The notes beneath the pieces are model-generated. The model saw only the letters and a list, made by a program, of their open reading frames with translations. It had not been told where the DNA came from and did no database searches. Positions 23,109 to 32,594 of a DNA stretch of 64,000 nucleotides are shown piece by piece. The position numbers and the translations under genes were made by a program. The first letter of the stretch is position 1, and each line of letters starts with the position of its first letter. This DNA comes from Acidimicrobiales bacterium (lineage in GTDB: Bacteria; Actinomycetota; Acidimicrobiia; Acidimicrobiales; Bog-793), in the NCBI GenBank assembly GCA_050744865.1, contig JBOGHW010000059.1:15895-79894 (forward strand). The letters run 5' to 3'.

Positions 23109-24485
23109 TCATCTGGCGCCACGGCTCGGTGGTGTCACGCGGCTGCCTTTGGTCTTCTTGCGGTTGCCCTTCTTAGCTCTGGAACCGCCGCCCATGACCC
23201 GCGCCATGGGTCCGAGTGACTTCATCATCTTCTGGCCCTCTTTGAACTGGCGGAGAAGATTGTTGACGTCGGTCGTCGAAGTCCCGCTGCCGTTGGCGAT
23301 CCGGAGGCGGCGTGACCCGTCGAGCAATGCCGGGTTGCGGCGCTCGAGCGGCGTCATCGACTTGATGATCGCCTCGATCCGGCCGACGTCCTTGTCGTCG
23401 ATCGTGGCGTTGCGCATCTCCTTCGGTACGCCCGGGATCATCCCGAGCATCCCCTGGATCGACCCCATCCGCTTGATCTGTTGCATCTGCTCGAGAAAGT
23501 CGTCGAGACCGAACTGGCCCTCCAACAAGCGCTGGGTCGCCTTCTCGGCCACCCCCTCGTCGAACTCGCGCTCGGCCTTCTCGATGAGCGAAAGCAGGTC
23601 GCCCATCCCGAGGATGCGATTGGCGAGGCGGTCCGGGTGGAAGACGGCGAAGTCGTCCACGCGCTCGCCGGTGGAGACGAAGGCGATCGGCTTGCCCACG
23701 ACCTGCTTGACCGACAGAGCGGCACCGCCGCGTGCGTCACCGTCAACCTTGGTCAACACGACGCCATCGAGCGAGAGCGCTTCGTTGAAGGCTTGCGCAG
23801 TCTGGACGGCGTCCTGGCCGGTCATGGCGTCGACGACGAAGAACGTGTAGTCCGGGTGCACCTTGCCAGATATGGCGCGGACTTCGTCCATGAGGCCCTG
23901 GTCGATGGCCAGCCGGCCGGCGGTGTCGACGATCAGGACGTCGCGTCCGAAGCTCTCGGCCTCGGCGAGTCCCTTGGCGGCGACCGTGACCGGATCCGTT
24001 GGCTCGGAGAAGACACCGACGCCCACCTCTTTGCCGAGGATCCGCAGCTGCTCGACGGCCGCCGGCCGCTGCAGGTCGGCGGCCACGAGCAGCGGGTTGC
24101 GTCCCTGTTGCTTGAACCAGTGGGCAAGCTTGGCCGCCGTGGTGGTCTTTCCGGCGCCTTGCAGGCCGGCGAGCAGGATGACCGTTGGAGGTCGCGAGGC
24201 GTAGTGGATCTTGAGAGGCTCGCCGCCGAGCGTGGCGACAAGCTCCTCGTTGACGATCTTGATGACCTGCTGGGCCGGCGAGAGCGCCTTGGAGAGGTCT
24301 GCCCCCACACAGCGGAGCCGGATGCGCTCGATGAAGTCCCGGACGACCGAGAGGTTGACGTCGGCCTCGAGGAGAGCGACCCGAATCTCCCTCAGAACCT
24401 CATTGACCTCGGCTTCTCCCAGCTGCCCGCGGCGGCGCAGGCGCGTGAGGATGCCCTCGAAGCGATCGGTGAGAGTCTCGAACAT
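23109..24485 (-). CDS. ffh: signal recognition particle protein Ffh
   Basis: LAGLQGAGKTTTAAKLA, DTAGRL, Met-rich M domain. Confidence 0.95.
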   Translation of the reverse strand: MFETLTDRFEGILTRLRRRGQLGEAEVNEVLREIRVALLEADVNLSVVRDFIERIRLRCVGADLSKALSPAQQVIKIVNEELVATLGGEPLKIHYASRPPTVILLAGLQGAGKTTTAAKLAHWFKQQGRNPLLVAADLQRPAAVEQLRILGKEVGVGVFSEPTDPVTVAAKGLAEAESFGRDVLIVDTAGRLAIDQGLMDEVRAISGKVHPDYTFFVVDAMTGQDAVQTAQAFNEALSLDGVVLTKVDGDARGGAALSVKQVVGKPIAFVSTGERVDDFAVFHPDRLANRILGMGDLLSLIEKAEREFDEGVAEKATQRLLEGQFGLDDFLEQMQQIKRMGSIQGMLGMIPGVPKEMRNATIDDKDVGRIEAIIKSMTPLERRNPALLDGSRRLRIANGSGTSTTDVNNLLRQFKEGQKMMKSLGPMARVMGGGSRAKKGNRKKTKGSRVTPPSRGAR

Positions 24486-24540
24486 GAGCTTTGACAGGTT
24501 AGTCGGGCATCAGGGTGCCACCGAAACAGTGACAGTCCGA

Positions 24541-25659
24541 TCACTCGAACAGCGCCGACACGAACTCGTCGGGGTGGAACTCGATCAGATCCTCGACCGT
24601 CTCGCCGACGCCGACGAGCTTGATCGGAAGGTCGAGCTCGCTCCTGACGGCCAGCACCATGCCCCCCTTGGCAGTCCCGTCCAGCTTGGTCAGCACGATG
24701 CCGGTGAGGTTGACGGCGTCGGTGAATTGCTTGGCTTGCGCCAGCCCGTTCTGGCCGGTCGTGGCGTCAAGCACGAGCAGGACTTCGGTGAGCTGGCCCG
24801 GCGGACGCTCGGCGACTCGGCGTACCTTGCGCAGCTCGTCCATCAGGTTGACCTTGGTGTGGAGGCGGCCGGCAGTGTCGGCGATCACCAGGTCGGCACC
24901 TCGCGCCGCGGCGTGTTGCACTGCGTCGAAGATGACAGACGACGGGTCGGCGCCATCTGAGCCCCGGATCATCCCGGCGCCGGCTCGCTCGGCCCAGGTC
25001 TCAAGCTGCTCGCCGGCCGCCGCCCGGAACGTGTCCCCCGCCGCCAGCACCACCTTGCGGCCTCCGTCGCCCTCCCGCTTGGCGAGCTTGCCGATCGTGG
25101 TCGTCTTGCCCACGCCGTTCACGCCGACGACCAGCCACACCGTCGGACCGTCGCCATCGCCGAAGACGAGCTCCGGGCTGTCACCGTCGAACATCTCTTC
25201 CAGATCGGACCTGAGTGACGACAGCAGCGCCTCGGGCGTCCCGTCGATCGCCCCCGACTTCAACCGTGCACGCAGGTCGTCGAGCACTCTCGTAGTCGTG
25301 GTGATCCCGGCATCGGCCAGGAGCAGTGCTTCCTCGAGCTCGACGAAGGTGGCGTCGTCGACAGGGCGACTCCGGATGCCGCCGAGGTAGCCGCCGAGGA
25401 GCTGGCGAGCCTTGCCGAGGCGGTCCTTGAGGGCAGGGCGCCCGTCCCGGCCAGGGGCTGGGGCGGGCGCTGGGGCAGTTGCCGGGGCAGTTGCCGGAGC
25501 AGGGTGCTCGTCCGCGACAGGGGCTGGGGCTGGGGCTGGGGCCGCCGGAGGTGCGACGGCCGGCCCCTTGGAACGCCTCGACCGCGTCGTGACGAGAGCG
25601 CCGGCGGCAATGACAAGGATCGCCGCCGCGACGACGACGATAATCAGGACTTCGGCCAT
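24541..25659 (-). CDS. ftsY: signal recognition particle receptor FtsY
   Basis: N-terminal TM helix plus PAPAPAP tract, VVGVNGVGKTTTIGKLA, DTAGRLH. Confidence 0.95.
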   Translation of the reverse strand: MAEVLIIVVVAAAILVIAAGALVTTRSRRSKGPAVAPPAAPAPAPAPVADEHPAPATAPATAPAPAPAPGRDGRPALKDRLGKARQLLGGYLGGIRSRPVDDATFVELEEALLLADAGITTTTRVLDDLRARLKSGAIDGTPEALLSSLRSDLEEMFDGDSPELVFGDGDGPTVWLVVGVNGVGKTTTIGKLAKREGDGGRKVVLAAGDTFRAAAGEQLETWAERAGAGMIRGSDGADPSSVIFDAVQHAAARGADLVIADTAGRLHTKVNLMDELRKVRRVAERPPGQLTEVLLVLDATTGQNGLAQAKQFTDAVNLTGIVLTKLDGTAKGGMVLAVRSELDLPIKLVGVGETVEDLIEFHPDEFVSALFE

Positions 25660-25712
25660 GGGTCGGCGAGCCTATCCGGCGGCAGGCGCCTGCCGGAGGC
25701 CGCCGGCCGCCC

Positions 25713-28700
25713 TCACCCCGTGCGAGAAGTATCCGAACGCAGGCGCTCGGTGACGACCTTCGACGCTCCCCCCGGCTGAAGGGACACGCCGTAGAGGATG
25801 TCGGCGGCCTCCATGGTTCGCTTCTGGTGGGAAACGATCAGGAGTTGCGCCTCGCCGCGGAACTCGTCGACCAGGTCGAGGAAGCGATGAAGGTTGATGT
25901 CGTCGAGCGCGGCCTCGACTTCGTCCATCAGGTAGAAGGGCGACGGCCGGCTGCGGAAGACGGCGAACAGGAAGGCGAGGGCCACGAGGGAGCGCTCGCC
26001 GCCCGACAGCAGCGACAGGCGGCGGGCGTTGCGGCCCACGGGCCGAACCTCGATCTCGATCCCGGTGTTCAGCAAGTCGGTCGGGTCGACCAGCGTGAGG
26101 CGGCCGCTGCCGCCAGGGAAGAGCGTGGCGAAGAGTGCCTCGAAGTGCCTGCTGACGTCCTCGAAGGCGGCGGCGAAGACAGCTACGATCTCGTCGTCGA
26201 CGGCCTTGACGACCCGTGCCAGATCCCGCCGCGTCGACTTGACGTCCTCGATCTGGCCACTCAAGAAACGATCCCGCTCTTGTATCCCGGCCAACTCCTC
26301 CAGCGCGAGCGGGTTGACGGGACCGAGCAAGCGGATCTCGCGCTCAAGATCGCGAACGCGTGCCGTGGCCGTCGTGCCGTCGAGGAGAGGGGGGCAGGCG
26401 GCCTGCGTAGCCACCTCTGGCTCGACTTCCAGGTCGTGGCGGATGGCCTCCACGGTGGCTTCGAGCCGGACTCTGAGCTCGGCCATCTCCAGCTCGGTCT
26501 GCTGTGCCCGCCCGCGTGTGGCGTCGAGCGACGAAGCAGCCTCCGACCTCAGGGCACGCGACTCGCCGAGGCGGGCGGTGATCGCGGCAACAGCTGCCGA
26601 GTGCGCCTGCCGGCGCTGCTGCAACAAGGCGAGCACACCTTCGAGCTCGCCCAGGACTCCGGCGCCGGCGGCGGCCAGGCGCTCCAGGGCACGGCCGGCT
26701 GCTTCGTATCCCTCCCGCCGGTCGGCGGCGCTCGCCCTGGCCGCTTCGTAGCCAGCCAGACGGGCGTCGATGTCGTCGCGCCTGCGGGCGAGGGCGTTGC
26801 GGCGCTCCAGAAGGGCCGACGTCCGCACCTCCAGGTCGGACTGGCTGCTGGCGAGCGCCCTGGCCTCGGTATCAAGACACTGACGGGCGGCCGCCGCCTC
26901 GTCGGCCAACTCGGCAACGTGTCGCTCGAATGCCTCGGCTGCGGCCAGCACCTCGTCTGAGTGCTCGAGCTCGCTGGCGAGAGCCGCGACGCGCCGCTCC
27001 CGTTCCGAGCGGGTGTCGGCGAATACCCGCACCTGCTCGTTGAGGGAGCCCAGGCGTTCCGCCGCCTGCTCGCCTTGGGCGCGATTCTGACGCTCCTCGG
27101 CGGAGGCGGCCTCGAAGGTGCGTGCCCGCTCACGAGCCACAGTACGGGTAGCGGTGTGCGAGGCCCGGGCCGCCGAGGCGGCTGTCCCGGCATACCCTGC
27201 TTGCTCCTCGGCAAGCACGAGCTCGATCCGGACCGCCCCGAGCGCGCCAAGGGTGGCACCGCGCCCACCGGCTCCGAGGCGCCATCCTCTCGCAGAGAGC
27301 CGATCGCCGCCCAAGGTGACCACCACCGCGCCCTCGGGCAGGGCCGCCAGGAGATCGAGAGCCGCCCCCAAGTCCCCGCGGCACAGGACGACGCCGTCCA
27401 GCAAGCGGTCGATCAGCGGTGCGACGGCCTGGCGGCTGGCTCGGACTGAGCGAGCCAACAGGTCTGGACGCTCTCCGAGGAATGGTGCCGGGCCGGGGCT
27501 GCCCGCTCTCGGGCCGCTTCGGCCGGCCTGCACGACGCCACCGCTCAGCCCGGACTCCCGCAGGTGCTCTATCGCCGATCGCGCCTCGGTGGCGCCGTCG
27601 ACGACCACGGACCCAAGCGCTTCGGCGACGCCCGCCTCGAAGGCGAGCTCGCAGCCTTGGTCGATGTCGACGAGGTCGAGGAGCGTCCCGAGTACGCCCG
27701 GGTGGCCGCTCAGGTGCTCGACACCGGCGCGGGCGTGCGCTTCGTCGAGCGCCAGCTGCAGCGCCGCGGCACGTGCCGCCAGCCCTTGGGCATGTTCGAC
27801 GGCCTCCCGGGCGGCCGCCTCGCTAGCCATGACTGCAGCCGCCGCCTCCCGTTCGGCGTCCTCGGCGGCCCCAAGCTCGCGACGCGCCAGCGAGCAAGCC
27901 GTAACGAGCCGCTCAGCTGCTGCCGCGCCGCTGGCCGAGGCGGCTGCCAGCTCGTCGATCTGCCGGGCGAGCGAGGCCTCCCGTTCGGCGTCGCGGGCAA
28001 GAGCCTCGCGTTCGGACGCCAGCTTGGCCTGCACACCGTCGCGAACACGTCGCAGGCGGCTCGCCTCGCCGGCAGCCGGTGCCGGCTGGCTTGCCAGCCA
28101 CTGTCGCTCCTTGGCAGCCAGCTCGGAGCCACGGCGCGCCATCTCCTCCCGCTCGGGCTGCAGAGCTTCGAGAGCGTCGCCCGCCCCGGCCAGCTCACCG
28201 GAGATGCGGGCGAACTCGGCCTCGAGCGAGGCCACGACGTCGGCCTCGGTGCTGGCCGTGAGAGCCATCTCGACGCGGCGGCGGCGCTCGGCGATGACGT
28301 TGGCGATGCCGCGACCCTTCTCGCGCAGCCGCTCGGCTTCGCCCAGAGGCGTCGCGACGTCGTTGGCCCGCTCGGCAGCAAGGGCACCCTCGCAGGCCGC
28401 CAACACCTCGTCCAGGCGGGCGACTTCGGCAAGCAGGCCGGCTGCCTCTGCCTCCAGGGCGGAGCGTCTTGCGGCTGCCTGCTCGTGCCGGAGCCTGAGC
28501 GACTTCAGCTCACTACCGGCCACGAACAACTGCAGCGCCCGCAGCTCGGCCGCGAGCGAGTCGTGTTTGTAGGCGGCCTCCGCCTGCCGCTCGAGGGGGC
28601 GTAGCTGGCGCTTCAATTCGCGGTGGAGGTCCTGCAGCCGCTGGAGATTCGCTTCGGCGGCTTCTATGCGTCGCTCTGCCCGCTCGCGGCGCCGGCGGAA

Positions 28701-29210
28701 CTTCAAGACGCCGGCCGCCTCCTCGACGACTGCTCTCCGGTCCTCCGGCCGGGCCTGGAGCACTTGGTCGAGCTGGCCCTGGCCTACGATCACGTGCTGC
28801 TGCCTGCCAACCCCGGCGTCCGAGAGCAGCTCTTGGATGTCGAGCAGCCGGCAAGGCGCACCGTTCATGGCGTACTCGCTCTCGCCCGAGCGGAAAAGCG
28901 TCCGCGTGATCGTCACCTCGGCCAGATCGATGGACAACAACTTGCCCGCGGAGTTGTCGATGGTGAGGGAGACTTCGGCGCGGCCGAGGGCTGCTCGTTT
29001 CTGCGTGCCGGCGAAGATGACGTCGTCCATCTTTGCCGACCGGACCACTCGTGGCCCCTGCGCGCCGAGCACCCACGCCACGGCGTCGACGACGTTGGAC
29101 TTGCCCGAGCCGTTGGGTCCGACGATAACCGTCACGCCCGGCTCGAACTCCAGGGTGGTGGGATCGGCGAACGACTTGAACCCGCGGAGCGAAAGCGACT
29201 TTAGGTACAC
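25713..29210 (-). CDS. smc: chromosome segregation protein SMC
   Basis: 1165 aa; GPNGSGKSNVVDA Walker A, long coiled coils with hinge, LSGGERSLVALAFLFA signature, LMDEVEAALD Walker B; GTG start. Confidence 0.95.
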   Translation of the reverse strand: MYLKSLSLRGFKSFADPTTLEFEPGVTVIVGPNGSGKSNVVDAVAWVLGAQGPRVVRSAKMDDVIFAGTQKRAALGRAEVSLTIDNSAGKLLSIDLAEVTITRTLFRSGESEYAMNGAPCRLLDIQELLSDAGVGRQQHVIVGQGQLDQVLQARPEDRRAVVEEAAGVLKFRRRRERAERRIEAAEANLQRLQDLHRELKRQLRPLERQAEAAYKHDSLAAELRALQLFVAGSELKSLRLRHEQAAARRSALEAEAAGLLAEVARLDEVLAACEGALAAERANDVATPLGEAERLREKGRGIANVIAERRRRVEMALTASTEADVVASLEAEFARISGELAGAGDALEALQPEREEMARRGSELAAKERQWLASQPAPAAGEASRLRRVRDGVQAKLASEREALARDAEREASLARQIDELAAASASGAAAAERLVTACSLARRELGAAEDAEREAAAAVMASEAAAREAVEHAQGLAARAAALQLALDEAHARAGVEHLSGHPGVLGTLLDLVDIDQGCELAFEAGVAEALGSVVVDGATEARSAIEHLRESGLSGGVVQAGRSGPRAGSPGPAPFLGERPDLLARSVRASRQAVAPLIDRLLDGVVLCRGDLGAALDLLAALPEGAVVVTLGGDRLSARGWRLGAGGRGATLGALGAVRIELVLAEEQAGYAGTAASAARASHTATRTVARERARTFEAASAEERQNRAQGEQAAERLGSLNEQVRVFADTRSERERRVAALASELEHSDEVLAAAEAFERHVAELADEAAAARQCLDTEARALASSQSDLEVRTSALLERRNALARRRDDIDARLAGYEAARASAADRREGYEAAGRALERLAAAGAGVLGELEGVLALLQQRRQAHSAAVAAITARLGESRALRSEAASSLDATRGRAQQTELEMAELRVRLEATVEAIRHDLEVEPEVATQAACPPLLDGTTATARVRDLEREIRLLGPVNPLALEELAGIQERDRFLSGQIEDVKSTRRDLARVVKAVDDEIVAVFAAAFEDVSRHFEALFATLFPGGSGRLTLVDPTDLLNTGIEIEVRPVGRNARRLSLLSGGERSLVALAFLFAVFRSRPSPFYLMDEVEAALDDINLHRFLDLVDEFRGEAQLLIVSHQKRTMEAADILYGVSLQPGGASKVVTERLRSDTSRTG

Positions 29211-29270
29211 GGCAAGGCTGACGATACCCGCCTCACGGGCACTGCTCGGGGACCGCCGGACGAGCCCAGC

Positions 29271-30107
29271 TCAGAGCTGGCAGCTCTCGCAGCAATAGGC
29301 GACACGAGCCCCGAAAGCGATCTTCGAGACGCTCGCGCGGCAGCGCCGGCACGGCAGCCCGGCACGGTCGTAGACCTTGTGGCGGCTCTGGAAGCTCCCT
29401 AGCTCGCCCATCAGGTCCCGGTACTGCTCGTCGCGCAGCGAAGACCCGCGCAGCTCGATTGCTCGGGCAAGGATCGCCTTGGCCGCCCGGGCGAGGCGCC
29501 CGATCTCCTGCCGGCTGAGCGTGTCCGTCCGCCGGTCCGGCCTCACCCTGGCCGCAAAGCAGATCTCGTCGGCGTAGATGCTGCCGATGCCCGCCACCAC
29601 CGTCTGGTCGGTCAGTGCGGCCTTGAGCGCCACCTTGTGCCTCCCCAGCCTGGCCGCCAGCGTGGCGGCTGTGAGGCCGTCCACGATCGGGTCAGGCCCG
29701 AGGCGGGCAAAGTCCGAAGGCAGGCCCTCCGCGTCGACGGCGTCGGTCACGTACCACTCGCCGAATGTCCGAGGATCGACGAAACGCAACTCGCTCCCGT
29801 CATCCAGCCCCACCACCACATGAGTATGAGCAGCACGCGGGGAGGTGGGGTCGTCGACCCACAGCAGCTGACCTGTCATGCGGAGATGGATGACCAGGCA
29901 CGTCCCGCCGTCGAGCAGCACCGCCAGGAACTTGCCCTTGCGCCTGACGGCTTCCACCTGCCGGCCCAGGAGGGCAGGCGAGAGCTCGGCTGAGGGGTGG
30001 CGGCGCACCGTCCTCCGCCCGGTCACCGCCACGCTGGTAAAGCGTCGGTGGAGGGCGCGGCGCTCGAGGCCGCGGCGGACTGTCTCTACTTCAGGTAGTT
30101 CGGGCAC
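29271..30107 (-). CDS. mutM: formamidopyrimidine-DNA glycosylase
   Basis: GTG 30107 gives (M)PELPEVETVRRGL (catalytic Pro2); C-terminal zinc finger CRRC...CCESCQ; overlaps rnc 3' end by 17 nt. Confidence 0.9.
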   Translation of the reverse strand: MPELPEVETVRRGLERRALHRRFTSVAVTGRRTVRRHPSAELSPALLGRQVEAVRRKGKFLAVLLDGGTCLVIHLRMTGQLLWVDDPTSPRAAHTHVVVGLDDGSELRFVDPRTFGEWYVTDAVDAEGLPSDFARLGPDPIVDGLTAATLAARLGRHKVALKAALTDQTVVAGIGSIYADEICFAARVRPDRRTDTLSRQEIGRLARAAKAILARAIELRGSSLRDEQYRDLMGELGSFQSRHKVYDRAGLPCRRCRASVSKIAFGARVAYCCESCQL

Positions 30108-30801
30108 TCGGCGCCTGCGCGAGGGACTGCAGGGCCTCCTCGGCAGCATGCCGTTCGGCGTCCTTCTTGGTATTCCCCGTCCCCGAACCCACGTTCTCGC
30201 CGTTGACGACGACAGACGCCAGGAACCTCTTGGCGTGGTCTGGCCCGCTCTCGCTCATGAGGTAGCTCGGCGACCCGAAGCCTCGCTGCGCCACCAGCTC
30301 CTGCAGGCGGTTCTTCGGGTCTCCGTATCTGGCCTCGCCGGCGATGGCGGTCACATGGTCCTCCAGGAGGCCGAGCACCCAGTCCCGCGCGCCTTGGCTG
30401 CCCGCCGAGAGGTAGACGGCGCCGATCACGGCTTCGAGGCAGTCCGCCAGGATCGACGCCTTGTGGCGTCCACCAGACACTTCCTCACCCTTGCCCAACA
30501 GGATCGCCGAGCCGAGCCCGAGCGTGTCTGCCAACGGGGCCAGAGCTACGGTGCTGACGGCCGCAGCCTTCACCCGGGCTAGGTCCCCCTCGGACAGGTC
30601 CGGGTAAGCGGAGAACAGGTAGTCCGTGATGACGAGCCCGAGGACGGCGTCGCCCAGCAGCTCCAGGCGTTCGTTCGACGGCTGGCCAGGATTCTCGGCG
30701 CAGTAAGACCGGTGAGCCAAGGCGTGCCGGAGCAGCTCGGCGGAGATGTGGTAGCCAGCCAGGCGCTCGGCCAGGTCGGCGGCCGGCACCTCGCGATCCA
30801 C
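30091..30801 (-). CDS. rnc: ribonuclease III
   Basis: ERLELLGDAVLGLVITDYLF signature plus C-terminal dsRBD. Confidence 0.9.
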   Translation of the reverse strand: MDREVPAADLAERLAGYHISAELLRHALAHRSYCAENPGQPSNERLELLGDAVLGLVITDYLFSAYPDLSEGDLARVKAAAVSTVALAPLADTLGLGSAILLGKGEEVSGGRHKASILADCLEAVIGAVYLSAGSQGARDWVLGLLEDHVTAIAGEARYGDPKNRLQELVAQRGFGSPSYLMSESGPDHAKRFLASVVVNGENVGSGTGNTKKDAERHAAEEALQSLAQAPSARTT

Positions 30802-30805
30802 CGGG

Positions 30806-31081
30806 TCAGCTTCCGATCTTGGCCGTGACGTAGTCGACAGCGTCGCGAACCGTGCGGAGGTCCTCGAGATCTTCGTCGTCGATCCGGAAGCCGCTCACGC
30901 GGTCGGCCAGCTCCTCCTCCAGCGCCTCGACGAGCTCGATGAGAGCCAGGGAGTCAGCCTCGAGGTCGTCGGCGAAGGACGAAGACTCCTCGATGCCTGA
31001 CGCGTCAATCTCGAGGATCTCGGCCAGCTGGTTGCGAACAATCTCCAGCACTTCGCTTCGGGAGACTGGTGTCTCGGCCAC
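30806..31081 (-). CDS. acpP: acyl carrier protein
   Basis: C-terminal part of ORF 30806..31441 from GTG 31081 (GAAGGAG 6 nt upstream); FADDLEADSLALIELV with DSL phosphopantetheine site. Confidence 0.9.
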   Translation of the reverse strand: MAETPVSRSEVLEIVRNQLAEILEIDASGIEESSSFADDLEADSLALIELVEALEEELADRVSGFRIDDEDLEDLRTVRDAVDYVTAKIGS

Positions 31082-31360
31082 GTCGGGCTCCTTCGTCTTG
31101 TCGTATCGGCCAGGCGGGCAGCTGTGCCCGATCGAGCGCCCGGTACATCGAGCGCCAAGTACAATAGGCGGCATGTCGCGTCGCACACATCCCGTGGCGC
31201 GATTTCCGCGCCCCCTGGCCCTATTCGGGCCTGCCAGGGTGCGCGCCACTTGCTTCGTCGGCTGACGGGCGCCCCATGAGGGCAGGGCCGGGGGCTGGGG
31301 GGTTGAGACCTCACCACCTCGACCATGGCGAACACGCCACCTTGACCCGAAGGAGCCACG

Positions 31361-32533
31361 ATGCAACGCACTTTGACTGCGCTCGAGCTCGAGCGCGACC
31401 TGGCAATCCGCGACCTCACCGATCCTGCCGCCGGTCCTCACGGCCTCCAGCTGCTCGTCGACCGTCTGGCCGCTGCCCTGGCCGGCACATGGGGCAGCTC
31501 GATCCTCGTCTGTCGAGGGGACAGGGAGGTGACGGTGAAGGCGAATTACGACGAGCTGGGTTTCTCAGGCGACGTCGTCACGCGCGACGCCCGCTACACC
31601 AGATACGTCACACCAGCCACGATGCTGAGGAGCCACACGACGGCGATCGTCCCTGGAGCCCTCCGCCGGCTGGCCGACCTGGGGGATGGCGCCCCGCTCG
31701 ACGTCCTGCTCATCTGCCCCGGGATTTGCTACCGGCGCGACGCCATCGGCCGCTGGCATACCGGTACACCTCATCAGCTCGACGTCTGGCGCCTGGTGCG
31801 GCGGCCCGGCGGACCCGCCATGCAGGCCACGGACCTCACCGAGCTCGTCGGGGCCCTCTGCCGCGTGCTCGTTCCCGGGCAGCCTTGGCGCCTCGAGCCG
31901 CGGGTACACCCCTACACCGAGCAAGGCCAACAGGTGGACGTCGAGTGGGACGGCGCTTGGATAGAAGTCGCCGAGTGCGGGCTCGCCCGTCCCGCCGTGC
32001 TGCGGCGCGCCGGCCTGGCGGCTGGCTGGTCGGGGCTGGCGCTCGGGATGGGCCTCGACAGGCTCTACATGCTCACCAAAGGCATCCCCGACATCCGCCT
32101 CCTACGCTCGAACGACCCGAGAGTGGCCCGCCAGATGGCGGATCTGGCGCCCTACAGGTCGATCTCGGCCATGCCGGCGATCTCGCGGGATCTGTCGGTG
32201 GCAGTGGACGAATCCGACCTGACCGAGGATCTGGGCGACCGCGTCCGCGACGCCCTTGGTCTCGACGCCGACTATGTCGAAGAGGTCAGCATCATGTCCT
32301 CGACGCAGTACGACGACCTGCCGCCGGCTGCCAGGGAGCGCCTGGGCATCGGTTCAGGCCAAGTCAACGTCCTGGTGCGGGTGGTGCTGCGGGCGCTCGA
32401 CCGCACGCTCGACGACGCCGAGGCCAACGAGCTGCGAGACCGTATCTATGCCGCCGTGCACCAAGGCTCTGTGCATACCTGGGCCGGCACCGGGGACGTG
32501 GGTAGCACTGGTGCGACCGATGGCGTCGGGTAG
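31361..32533 (+). CDS. PheRS-alpha-like class II aminoacyl-tRNA synthetase core fused to a C-terminal FDX-ACB-like domain (monomeric, mitochondrial-type architecture)
   Basis: 390 aa; motif-2-like LLICPGICYRRDAIGRWHTGTPHQLDVW, motif-3-like GWSGLALGMGLDRLYMLTKGIPDIRLL, C-terminal PYRSISAMPAISRDLSVAV...VLVRVVLRALDRTLDDAEANELRDRIYAAV; RBS GAAGGAG. Confidence 0.75.
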   Translation: MQRTLTALELERDLAIRDLTDPAAGPHGLQLLVDRLAAALAGTWGSSILVCRGDREVTVKANYDELGFSGDVVTRDARYTRYVTPATMLRSHTTAIVPGALRRLADLGDGAPLDVLLICPGICYRRDAIGRWHTGTPHQLDVWRLVRRPGGPAMQATDLTELVGALCRVLVPGQPWRLEPRVHPYTEQGQQVDVEWDGAWIEVAECGLARPAVLRRAGLAAGWSGLALGMGLDRLYMLTKGIPDIRLLRSNDPRVARQMADLAPYRSISAMPAISRDLSVAVDESDLTEDLGDRVRDALGLDADYVEEVSIMSSTQYDDLPPAARERLGIGSGQVNVLVRVVLRALDRTLDDAEANELRDRIYAAVHQGSVHTWAGTGDVGSTGATDGVG

Positions 32534-32594
32534 TGGCGCCCGCCCGACTCTCCCACCCTGTCGGCTTGCCATCGGGACCTGCCGACACGCTCCC

